Assembly (NCBI GenBank): GCA_024641735.1
Contig: JAHECN010000003.1
Span: 1-56,279 of the forward strand
Length of the DNA: 56,279 bases
Direction: 5' to 3'
Origin: Gemmatimonadota bacterium
GTDB taxonomy: Bacteria; Gemmatimonadota; Gemmatimonadetes; Gemmatimonadales; GWC2-71-9
Under the pieces are notes generated by a model that was not told the DNA's origin, searched no databases, and saw only the letters and a program-made list of their open reading frames with translations. Of the stretch, positions 48,387 through 56,279 are shown one piece after another (positions within the stretch are counted from its first letter, which is position 1; each line of letters opens with the position of its first letter). Position numbers and translations under genes: made by a program.

Positions 48387-49332
48387 ACTTGTCGAACTCC
48401 TCTTCGAGGCGCGTATTGCGCTCCGTCGGCGTGCGCGGGGTGGTGCGCCGGGTTTCCTCGTATCTCGGCCGGGACGGATCGCGGAAGAAGACGCCGAGAT
48501 GAATTCGGTCGTCGGACTCTGCGTAGTGCCGCGCCGCCGCGAGATCACGGGGGTCGTGATGAATTTGAGTCTTGTAGATCTTCTCGATCTCCGGCACGAT
48601 GACGCCGTCATCGTGCACCAGCAGCGCGATCTGTGAGGGATCGCGCACAGCAGAGGCAAAGATCTCGGGTGTAAACACCGGGCAGCGCTGGAGAATCCGG
48701 ACGAAGCTGGTTCCCTTGTGCTGGTAGGCCGCCCGGAGGGTGGCATACAAGTGTGCCGGGACCCACTCCGCGGTCTGCGCCACAAACGACGCATTGGTCA
48801 CCCCGAGGGAGACCGACAACGGATTCATCGCCGGGAGGTAGCTCCCGCGGGGCTGGGTGTTGCTCACCGTGCCCTGCGGAGTCGTCGGCGACGTCTGCTT
48901 CTTGGTCAATCCGTAGATGGCGTTGTCGAGCATCATCACCGTGAGGTCGACATTGTATCGCAGCGCGTGAATCCAGTGCGCGGCGCCGATCGAGGTGCAG
49001 TCGCCATCACCCATGACCGTGAACACGCTCAGTTCCGGCCGATGCAACTTGATGCCGGTGGACACCGGCAACGCCCGGCCGTGAATGCCGTGGAAGCCAT
49101 AAGTCTTCAGATAGTGCGGGAACCGGCTGGAACAGCCGATGCCGGAGACGAAGACGGTCTGTTCCGGTACCAGTTGTTCGGCGGCGAGGAGCCGCTGCAC
49201 CGCCGTCAGGATGCCGTGGTCACCACAGCCGGCACACCACCGGGCCCGCGCGCCTTCGTAACTGTCCATCCCGTAGGGCTCGTCGCTCCCTTTCCGCTGG
49301 ATGACATGGAGCAGTTCGCAGGAGAGACTCAT
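48376..49332 (-). CDS. korB: 2-oxoacid:ferredoxin oxidoreductase beta subunit
   Basis: WCAGCGD, SGIGCSSR, HGRALP, GDGD, NAIYGLTK.Q.SP and RCP motifs. Confidence 0.93.
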   Translation of the reverse strand: MSLSCELLHVIQRKGSDEPYGMDSYEGARARWCAGCGDHGILTAVQRLLAAEQLVPEQTVFVSGIGCSSRFPHYLKTYGFHGIHGRALPVSTGIKLHRPELSVFTVMGDGDCTSIGAAHWIHALRYNVDLTVMMLDNAIYGLTKKQTSPTTPQGTVSNTQPRGSYLPAMNPLSVSLGVTNASFVAQTAEWVPAHLYATLRAAYQHKGTSFVRILQRCPVFTPEIFASAVRDPSQIALLVHDDGVIVPEIEKIYKTQIHHDPRDLAAARHYAESDDRIHLGVFFRDPSRPRYEETRRTTPRTPTERNTRLEEEFDKYAV

Positions 49333-51239
49333 GCTGCACCTCCAGAGAGCACGCGTTCGCGGATGGCGGTGACAATCGAACCAGGGCGCAGGGGCTCACC
49401 TGGCACTCGGGTCCAGCTGTCGACATCGACCAGCGTGGAGGAGCGCAGCAGCATCGCCATCTGGCCACGCCGGCGGTTCTCCTCAGTGATGTAGGGTGCG
49501 TCAGGGTCATCGGAATAGTTGATCTCGACGGCGACCACCTTGGTGAAGCGCTGCAGGATCGCCTTGATCCCAGGCTCCAATGGCGAGAGGAAGCGCAGGT
49601 GGAGTGACGAGACCTTCAACCCATCGGCCCGCACCCGATCCACGGCCTCCTCAATGGCACCCTTGGTGCTTCCCCAACCGACGACCAGCAGATCCCCGCC
49701 CTCCTCGTCGCCATAGACCACGGGTGGGGTGAGCACGCTCTGCAGCACCGCCAGCTTGCGGCTCCGCATGGCGGAGGAGTGCTGATGAATGCCGGAACTG
49801 TAGGCGACTTTGCTGCGCTCGTCGTGCGAGAGCCCGGTCAACGTGAACATGCCACCGGGTTGGCCCGGGACGATGCGCCGTGAAAGCCCGGTCTCCTCCT
49901 CCCAGGCGTACGGGAGGTCGGAGTCGCCCACGGGGGCGAGGTCGATCGGCGCAGCCTGCCACTGGGAGTCGAGCGTGGGACGCGGGTACGGCGCCACACC
50001 GGTGGCGAGATTCGCGTCGGTCAGCACCATCACCACTGCGCGGAAGGTCTCGGCGATGCGTCGCGCCGTGATCATCACGTGGAAGCACTCTTCGATCGTC
50101 GCGGGGGCGACAATCACGTGCGGTGCATCTCCCGGCTGTCCGAAGAGCGCGGCCAGCAAATCCGACTGCTCCACCTTGGTCGGGAGTCCGGTGCTCGGTC
50201 CGCCGCGTTGGACATCGACCACCACGAGTGGCGTTTCCGTCATGATCGCGAGGCCGAGGAACTCCGTCTTCAGCGCGAGCCCTGGTCCGGAGGTGATCGT
50301 GAGGGCGACTTTTCCGGCGTACGAGGCGCCAATCGCCACGCCGGCGGCTGCGATTTCGTCTTCCGCCTGGTGGACCACGCCACCGAAGCGTTCGAAGACC
50401 TCACTCAGGTAGTGCGACACCGAGGTGGCCGGGGTGATCGGGTACATCGCGCAGAGCTCGAAGCCCGCCGCGATGGCTCCCATTCCGATGGCCTCGTTGC
50501 CGTTCATCACCACCAGCGGTGTGTCGATCGGTGCAGGCGGCACATCAATCCGAAAACCGATGTGTTCCTGAGCCCACTGGTAGCCGAGATTGACGAGCGA
50601 CACGTTGGAGTCATAGACGGCTTCGCTCTTTTTGCGAAACGCGGTCGCGATTTGATCGCGGATCCGCTCCATGTCGCGGTCATAGATGTAGGCGAGCATC
50701 CCGAGTGCGAACATGTTCTTCCCCTTTCGGGGATTCTCCACCAGGGTCAGGCACTGCTCCTGCATCGGCACCGGGATAATGCGATACTCTCGCGTCGACA
50801 GCTCCTCCATCGCCGCCTCCCATGCCGCCACGATGGCGGGGTCTTGGGAGGTCGCCCACATCTCTTCGATGAGCAGGATCGCGTCCGGCGCGAGGGCGCC
50901 GACACGGTGCCGCGCCAGCAAGGCCTGTTCGTTGAAGGCCACGACCAGGTCGGTTTGGTCGCCCCAGTTGGTCACCGGACCGGCGCCGACACGAATGCGA
51001 TTGCCGCTGGCACCCTCCGGAACGCGTGGAGGTGGCTGCACTTCGGCCGGAATGATCTCGACGGTCCAGATCCCGTTTCCCATTTTGGCGGAAACGGCGG
51101 CGAAGATCTGCCCGCACTTCTGTGCGCCCTCGCCAGAATCCGAGACGATTTCGATCGTGTGTTCGCGAACGCGCAAATGTGCCGGAGGCGCCCCGGTCTG
51201 GGGGGCCACGGCACTCGTGGTTCCTGCGGAAATAGTCAC
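49329..51239 (-). CDS. korA: 2-oxoacid:ferredoxin oxidoreductase alpha subunit (gamma-alpha fusion)
   Basis: DSGEG, KNMFALG, GNEA, YPITPATS, QAEDEIAA, TSGPG, QRGGPSTGLPTK and GWGST motifs. Confidence 0.93.
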   Translation of the reverse strand: MTISAGTTSAVAPQTGAPPAHLRVREHTIEIVSDSGEGAQKCGQIFAAVSAKMGNGIWTVEIIPAEVQPPPRVPEGASGNRIRVGAGPVTNWGDQTDLVVAFNEQALLARHRVGALAPDAILLIEEMWATSQDPAIVAAWEAAMEELSTREYRIIPVPMQEQCLTLVENPRKGKNMFALGMLAYIYDRDMERIRDQIATAFRKKSEAVYDSNVSLVNLGYQWAQEHIGFRIDVPPAPIDTPLVVMNGNEAIGMGAIAAGFELCAMYPITPATSVSHYLSEVFERFGGVVHQAEDEIAAAGVAIGASYAGKVALTITSGPGLALKTEFLGLAIMTETPLVVVDVQRGGPSTGLPTKVEQSDLLAALFGQPGDAPHVIVAPATIEECFHVMITARRIAETFRAVVMVLTDANLATGVAPYPRPTLDSQWQAAPIDLAPVGDSDLPYAWEEETGLSRRIVPGQPGGMFTLTGLSHDERSKVAYSSGIHQHSSAMRSRKLAVLQSVLTPPVVYGDEEGGDLLVVGWGSTKGAIEEAVDRVRADGLKVSSLHLRFLSPLEPGIKAILQRFTKVVAVEINYSDDPDAPYITEENRRRGQMAMLLRSSTLVDVDSWTRVPGEPLRPGSIVTAIRERVLSGGAA

Positions 51240-51506
51240 CTCAAACCTCGAGCGAGCGCGCGGACGGCAAACGGAAAGGTGACTCTTTCCCTAATGTTTG
51301 TCGCACGCACGACGTGTGACGTCAGCCTCTTGAAATCGCCGAGTCATCTCGGTCGACATGTCACTGTGTAGACAATACTCGCGCCCATGGTACCCTGAAA
51401 AGCATGAGCAAAAGAGTCGCAATTCCACACCGGAATGCCGAGCAAAGGAGTCGTAAATTATTGGGACGAAATGGCCGGAAATGGCCGGTAGGCGTGGCGT
51501 TTGAGG

Positions 51507-52586
51507 TCAGCGTCCGCGCGCGTCGATTGGCCACCGTTCGATGACGTCGTGACGCCGGACGCCGACCGCTTCATCAAAGAGGTGCGTGACGATGCAGACA
51601 TGGTTCGGAATGATGCGGACCTGCTCACCAATGGTCGGCCGCCAGCTGCTCTGCGAAAGCTCGAGGGTGCCGTGTTCCTCCGACATCGCACGGACGTAGA
51701 CCTCCGGTCGATCGAGCAGCACCCCAAAGCCTGGCACGTCCGCGCCGCGAATCGGCTCGCGTCCGAGCGCCTTGGTGCCAGCGTCCACAATGGCCTGACC
51801 AGGCACCGCCGTGCTCACCACGGTTGCGAGGACGGTGAGCGCGCAATCGTCCCAGCCGCACGCCCCGATCTCGGCGGTGGTCCGGTCGTTGTAGACCGAC
51901 GTGCCAGGCCGAATCTCGGTGAGTCCGGTGATCCGATGCGAATCCCAGAGGGTCGGCGTGGAACCGCCACTGACCACTATCGGCGGCATTCCGGCTCGCG
52001 TCAGCGCGTCAATGGTAGATCCGAGATCGCGATTCAATACCGCGAGCGCATCATCAACACCCGGTCCACGGATATGTCTCGGATAGAACGCCACCCCGAG
52101 GTATTCGAGACCAGGTTGCTCGGCGACATGGCGGGCCAGCGTGACTGCCTCTGCCGGGGTGCCAACTCCCACCCGACCCATGCCGAGATCGAGTTCCACC
52201 AACACCCCGATGGGACCCCCACCACCGGCGGCGGCAGCGATCAGGGCGTTCACCGCCTCTCGAGAATCGAGCATCACCCGGAGCCTGGTGTGGCGAGCGA
52301 GTTCCGCCACGCGTGCGGCCCGCGCATGCCCAACTGGGGGGTATGCCAGGAGGATGTCGTCAGTGAGCGTGCGCATCACTTCGGCTTCGCGCGGGGTGGC
52401 GCAGGTGAAGCCCGTCGCGCCGGCATCGAGTTGCGCGCGACCGATGCGGAGGGACTTATGGGTCTTCACGTGCGGACGGAGCGTCAGCGCATGCGCCGCG
52501 GCATAGTCAGCCACGCGGGTGATGTTGGCGTCCAGTCGATCGAGGTCGACCAGCGGGATGGGAGTCGGGAGGGAGTCAGTCTGCAT
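51507..52586 (-). CDS. D-threonine aldolase / D-serine dehydratase family PLP enzyme (alanine racemase fold)
   Basis: LRPHVKTHK, RVGV, SGGSTPT, EIRPG, DAGTKAL, SEEHG and PNHVC motifs; ATG at 52586. Confidence 0.9.
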   Translation of the reverse strand: MQTDSLPTPIPLVDLDRLDANITRVADYAAAHALTLRPHVKTHKSLRIGRAQLDAGATGFTCATPREAEVMRTLTDDILLAYPPVGHARAARVAELARHTRLRVMLDSREAVNALIAAAAGGGGPIGVLVELDLGMGRVGVGTPAEAVTLARHVAEQPGLEYLGVAFYPRHIRGPGVDDALAVLNRDLGSTIDALTRAGMPPIVVSGGSTPTLWDSHRITGLTEIRPGTSVYNDRTTAEIGACGWDDCALTVLATVVSTAVPGQAIVDAGTKALGREPIRGADVPGFGVLLDRPEVYVRAMSEEHGTLELSQSSWRPTIGEQVRIIPNHVCIVTHLFDEAVGVRRHDVIERWPIDARGR

Positions 52587-52618
52587 CAGGGCGCATCGGA
52601 GGAGAGTGATCGGCGAGG

Positions 52619-52900
52619 CTACGTCGTGAGCACCTTCCACGGCTGTACGCCTGCCTCGAACGCCATCGGTCCCCCGTAGCAGGTGCAGCGGGAGAGGCCG
52701 GGGGCGAGCGCGTCGTTCCACGCGGTCACCATGAAGCCCTTCTTGTCGCCGCGCACATCGACATGCCCGGAATAGCGCAGTTCCGGGAATCGCTCGCGCA
52801 GGTCCGCCATGCACTCGGCGTAGTGCCCATGTTCCCGGAGATACGCCTCCTGGGCAGTGATGAGATGATTGACGTCGTCGCGCAGCGAATCCAGATCCAC
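52619..52900 (-). CDS. small hypothetical protein resembling a type IV pilin globular domain
   Basis: LRDDVNHLITAQEAY...Y, GFMVTAW and RCTCYGG; no prepilin N-terminus. Confidence 0.55.
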   Translation of the reverse strand: MDLDSLRDDVNHLITAQEAYLREHGHYAECMADLRERFPELRYSGHVDVRGDKKGFMVTAWNDALAPGLSRCTCYGGPMAFEAGVQPWKVLTT

Positions 52901-53061
52901 AGGGCACTCGTGTCGGGGGATGCCATCAAATATATCCCATGACGACGCGCGGCCTCGAAATCCGACCGCAGCGCTTCCGATTCGGGCCGATCAATTCCGC
53001 AACTTTTCCGGGCGTGGCCGAGTATATCTCCTTGCGGGAATCACCCCGCCCCGGAGGTGCC

Positions 53062-55065
53062 ATGCGTTCCTCAACACCGCTCCGCTCCTGCGCCTTGGCG
53101 ATCGCGATGGCCGCGTTCCCGGCGCTGCTGATCGCTCAAGCCACGCCTCGCCCGATCCACCGCGAGATTCCCCTCACCAACATGATTCGGCGTGCATTTT
53201 CCGCCGGAACACGCGATTCCACCGGCCGTCCAGGCCGGAACTACTGGCAACCGCACACGGCGTACGTCATTGCCGCACGGCTCGATCCTGCCACGGCGAT
53301 GGTGACCGGTCGGGAAACGGTGGTCTTCAAGAACACCAGCCCGGATCCGCTCCGACTGCTGACCTTGCGACTCGATCAGAACTTGTACGCAGCCAACGTC
53401 CCGCGCGCCGAGCAGGTGCCGGACATCACCGACGGAATGAAGATCACGCGCCTCACGGTCAATGGCGCAGCGGTCAATCTGGCGGCAACGCGTGGCGGCG
53501 GTGGTCGCGGGGCCGCCGCAGCGCCAGCGCAGCTTTCGGCAACCGGGCTCGACCAGACCGTGGCGCGAATCCTCCTGCCGACAGCGATCGCCGCAGGGGA
53601 GTCGGTCACCCTTGAAGCAGAGTGGAATTTCCGCGTGCCCAACGTCGCCGGTGGGCGGGGACTCCGCATGGGTGCCTGGGGAGACTCGCTCTTCCAAGTG
53701 GCACAGTGGTATCCGCGCTTTGCCGCGTATGATGACCTGCGCGGCTGGGATCCCGATCCGTACCTCGGCCCATCCGAGTTCTACAACAACTTCGGCAGCT
53801 TTGACGTCACGCTCGACGTGCCGGCAGGATGGCTGGTCGGCGCGACCGGCGTGCTGCAGAATCCGGAGCAGGTGCTGACACCGACTGCTCGTGAGCGGCT
53901 CTCGCATGTCCTGGAGTCCGATTCGACGCGGATCATTGTCGGTCCCGCGGAGTTCGGTCCCGGCAAGGCGACGGCCTCGGGCGACCGGTTGCTGTGGCGC
54001 TTCGTCGCGGACTCGGTCTCCGACTTCGCGTGGGGCACGTCGAACCAGTTCGTCTGGGACGCGACGCGCGCCACCATCCCCGGCAAGGGACCGATCCCGG
54101 TGTACGGCATGTATCTCCCCGGTCACGCGACGCAGTACGCCCGGGGCGGGGCCATCAACCGCCATGCGCTGGAGTTCTACTCCAAGCTGTGGATGCCCTA
54201 TGCCTTCCCGATCCTGACCATGCTCGACGGTCCTGACGGCGGGATGGAATATCCGATGACGATCTTCTCTGGCGTCGGTGCCGCGGACCACGAAACCGGA
54301 CACCAGTGGTGGCCAATGATGGTCGGCAACAATGAGACCTGGTACGGCTTCATGGATGAGGGGTTCAACCAGTACATGAACAACCTCTCGAGTGCGGATT
54401 CTCGCGGTCTGCCCGCGCGCATCGACGGAGCCGGTCAGTCCTATGGCCGCACCAGCGGTGACGAGCGTGAGGCGCCGCTGATGTGGGATGCCAACTACGG
54501 CGGCCCGATGTACTCGTTCCAGGCGTACGGCAAGGCGCCGCTGATGCTCTCCATGCTGGGCGGCATCGTCGGGGACAGCGCGGTGCAGCGCGCCATGAGC
54601 GAGTACGCCAAGGCGTGGCGCTTCAAGCACCCCTCGCCCTGGGACTATGCCTTCTTCATGAGCAATGCGCTCAAGAATCGGGCACCCGATCTCGGCTGGT
54701 TCTGGTACTCGTGGCTCTTCACCACCGACGCCGTGCACGGCTCGATCCAGAACGTCGCGGCGAAGGGCAACGTGACCACGGTCACCGTGCGCCAGGAGGG
54801 CGGCATGCCCTCTCCGGTGGTGCTGAAGGTCGAGTTCGCACCGACCGGCAAGGCAATCAAGCCGATGGCCGGGAGCACGATGGTCGATAGCGTAACCGCG
54901 ATCGTCAGCTATCCAGTCAATGTCTGGTTCGATGGCCGCTGGAATTTTGACGCAGCACTCGACTTCGGTGGCCGCGCGATCACCAAGATCACGCTCGATC
55001 CGTTCGGACGCTTTCCGGATCGGGATGCGAGTGACAATGTGTGGCCGAGAGCGGTGAAGCCATAA
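53062..55065 (+). CDS. M1 family exported metallo-aminopeptidase
   Basis: GGAGGT RBS, signal peptide, AQWYPR, GGMEYP, HETGH-x18-E and YGK motifs. Confidence 0.92.
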   Translation: MRSSTPLRSCALAIAMAAFPALLIAQATPRPIHREIPLTNMIRRAFSAGTRDSTGRPGRNYWQPHTAYVIAARLDPATAMVTGRETVVFKNTSPDPLRLLTLRLDQNLYAANVPRAEQVPDITDGMKITRLTVNGAAVNLAATRGGGGRGAAAAPAQLSATGLDQTVARILLPTAIAAGESVTLEAEWNFRVPNVAGGRGLRMGAWGDSLFQVAQWYPRFAAYDDLRGWDPDPYLGPSEFYNNFGSFDVTLDVPAGWLVGATGVLQNPEQVLTPTARERLSHVLESDSTRIIVGPAEFGPGKATASGDRLLWRFVADSVSDFAWGTSNQFVWDATRATIPGKGPIPVYGMYLPGHATQYARGGAINRHALEFYSKLWMPYAFPILTMLDGPDGGMEYPMTIFSGVGAADHETGHQWWPMMVGNNETWYGFMDEGFNQYMNNLSSADSRGLPARIDGAGQSYGRTSGDEREAPLMWDANYGGPMYSFQAYGKAPLMLSMLGGIVGDSAVQRAMSEYAKAWRFKHPSPWDYAFFMSNALKNRAPDLGWFWYSWLFTTDAVHGSIQNVAAKGNVTTVTVRQEGGMPSPVVLKVEFAPTGKAIKPMAGSTMVDSVTAIVSYPVNVWFDGRWNFDAALDFGGRAITKITLDPFGRFPDRDASDNVWPRAVKP

Positions 55066-55067
55066 CA

Positions 55068-55146
55068 TCGGAGAACGGAGAACGGAGGACAGAGAGGGTG
55101 AGGGGTGAGGGGGAGTTGTTTCCCTTGCTCCTCACCCTTTCCTTTT
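55068..55146. repeat. heptamer repeats (CGGAGAA)n and (GGGTGAG)n with a partial complementary arm
   Basis: cggagaa-cggagaa-cggagga then gagggtgaggggtgagggg ... ctcctcaccc, between the M1 peptidase and fucosidase genes. Confidence 0.65.
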
Positions 55147-55174
55147 GAGTCATCCTCGTCCATCTGGAGTGCTC

Positions 55175-56279
55175 ATGTCCCGCACCCGTCAGGCGTTGCT
55201 GGCCCTCTTGCCCGCCTTTCTCCTTGCCGTGCCTGCTGTGGGGCAGCATGCCCAGGCGTACTTCCCCGATCCCGATCCGGTGGCACGGCAGAAGATTGCT
55301 GAGTGGCAGGACCTGAAGCTTGGCCTGCTGATGCACTGGGGGACCTATTCGCAGTGGGGGATCGTGGAGTCGTGGTCGCTCTGCTCCGAGGATGAGGGGT
55401 GGTGCCGCAGCCCGCAGCGCGATTCGATCGGCGAGTACGGCGCGTACAAGACCGCCTACGAAGGATTGCAGCGGACGTTCAATCCCCAACAGTTCGATCC
55501 CACGCGCTGGGCCAAGGCGGCCAAGGACGCCGGCATGCGCTACGTCGTCTTCACGACCAAGCATCATGACGGCTTCTCGATGTGGGATACCAAGCAGACG
55601 GATTATCGCATCACCTCTGCGAAGACACCGTTCTCGCTCAATCCCCAGGCCGACATCACACGTGCCGTCTTCGATGCCTTCCGCGATCAGGGGTTGTGGA
55701 TTGGGGCGTACTTCTCGAAGCCCGACTGGCATTCTCCCGACTATTGGTGGCCGTACTACGCCACCCCCGATCGGAATCCCAACTACGACCTGAAGAAATA
55801 TCCGGAGCGCTGGAATCGATTCGTGGAGTTCACGCACGCCCAAGTCCACGAGCTGATGTCCGACTACGGTCGCGTGGACATCCTCTGGCTGGACGGCGGT
55901 TGGGTGCGGCCGCTGACGGACTCCACCATTCACGCCAGGATCAACGCACCGGGGTACAAGTACGAGCGTCTGCAGAATCAGGACATCGACATTCCGCGTC
56001 TCGTCGCCGAGTCACGTGCGTTGCAGCCGGGGTTGATTGTGGTGGATCGCGATGTGCCGAGTCCGTACCAGAACTACCTGACGCCGGAGGCGCGCGTCCC
56101 GGCGACGGCACTGCCGTATCCGTGGGAAGTCCCAATGCCGATGGCGAACAGTTGGTCTTTCGTGCCCAATGATCGCTACAAGTCGTCGCACGTGTTGATT
56201 CAGATGTTGGTGGATGTCGTGGCGAAGGGCGGCAATCTGTTGCTGAACATCGGCCCCGGTCCGGATGGCCGCTGGCACG
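55175..56279 (+). CDS. alpha-L-fucosidase (GH29), runs off the window edge
   Basis: Manual translation from ATG 55175: signal peptide, LLMHWG, FTTKHHDGF, YFSKPDWH, LWLDGGW and GGNLLLNIGP. Absent from the ORF track because there is no stop in the window. Confidence 0.92.
   Translation, partial: MSRTRQALLALLPAFLLAVPAVGQHAQAYFPDPDPVARQKIAEWQDLKLGLLMHWGTYSQWGIVESWSLCSEDEGWCRSPQRDSIGEYGAYKTAYEGLQRTFNPQQFDPTRWAKAAKDAGMRYVVFTTKHHDGFSMWDTKQTDYRITSAKTPFSLNPQADITRAVFDAFRDQGLWIGAYFSKPDWHSPDYWWPYYATPDRNPNYDLKKYPERWNRFVEFTHAQVHELMSDYGRVDILWLDGGWVRPLTDSTIHARINAPGYKYERLQNQDIDIPRLVAESRALQPGLIVVDRDVPSPYQNYLTPEARVPATALPYPWEVPMPMANSWSFVPNDRYKSSHVLIQMLVDVVAKGGNLLLNIGPGPDGRWH

Noticed and set aside
41475-51239. 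Claim of a complete reverse TCA (autotrophy) pathway
   Set aside because: No citrate-cleaving enzyme or fumarate reductase in the window; flux direction cannot be read from sequence.
51295-51370. FNR/CRP/Rex box upstream of korA
   Set aside because: Only half-sites (TGTGA, TCAC, GTCG-N6-CGAC); no complete consensus palindrome.

Overview
GC-rich bacterial chromosomal window with dense coding. Gene content and style suggest Gemmatimonadota, which is an inference. No rRNA, tRNA, CRISPR array, transposase or integrase was recognised. Left part (1-21 kb): housekeeping and envelope genes, including a partial 5'-nucleotidase, PlsC, M42 peptidase, an ECF transporter with an asymmetric ATPase, a PolX-PHP lacking polymerase aspartates, nth, cyclophilin, a cardiolipin synthase-like PLD, and an ECF sigma/anti-sigma module coupled to MacAB-TolC-type genes. 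Middle (21-36 kb): exported peptidases and hydrolases, a hemerythrin, and a CarH/LitR-type B12 photoreceptor locus with a visible sigma70 promoter and 11-bp-period operator repeats. The main feature (35.8-51.2 kb, minus strand) is a ~15.5-kb, largely translationally coupled operon: korA-korB, a degenerate PFOR-beta paralog, rnfB, a giant PFOR with a tethered C-terminal ferredoxin, rnfCDGEA, a 48-aa 4-Cys membrane peptide (NqrM-like), apbE and a 9-Cys protein. It looks like a dedicated 2-oxoacid:ferredoxin oxidoreductase-Rnf energy-conserving module. Right end: a D-TA/DSD family PLP enzyme, a pilin-like ORF, an M1 peptidase and a partial GH29 fucosidase. Several intergenic spacers are built from 7-bp tandem repeats, often as inverted arms. 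All calls are from motif recognition by eye; no database searches were run.
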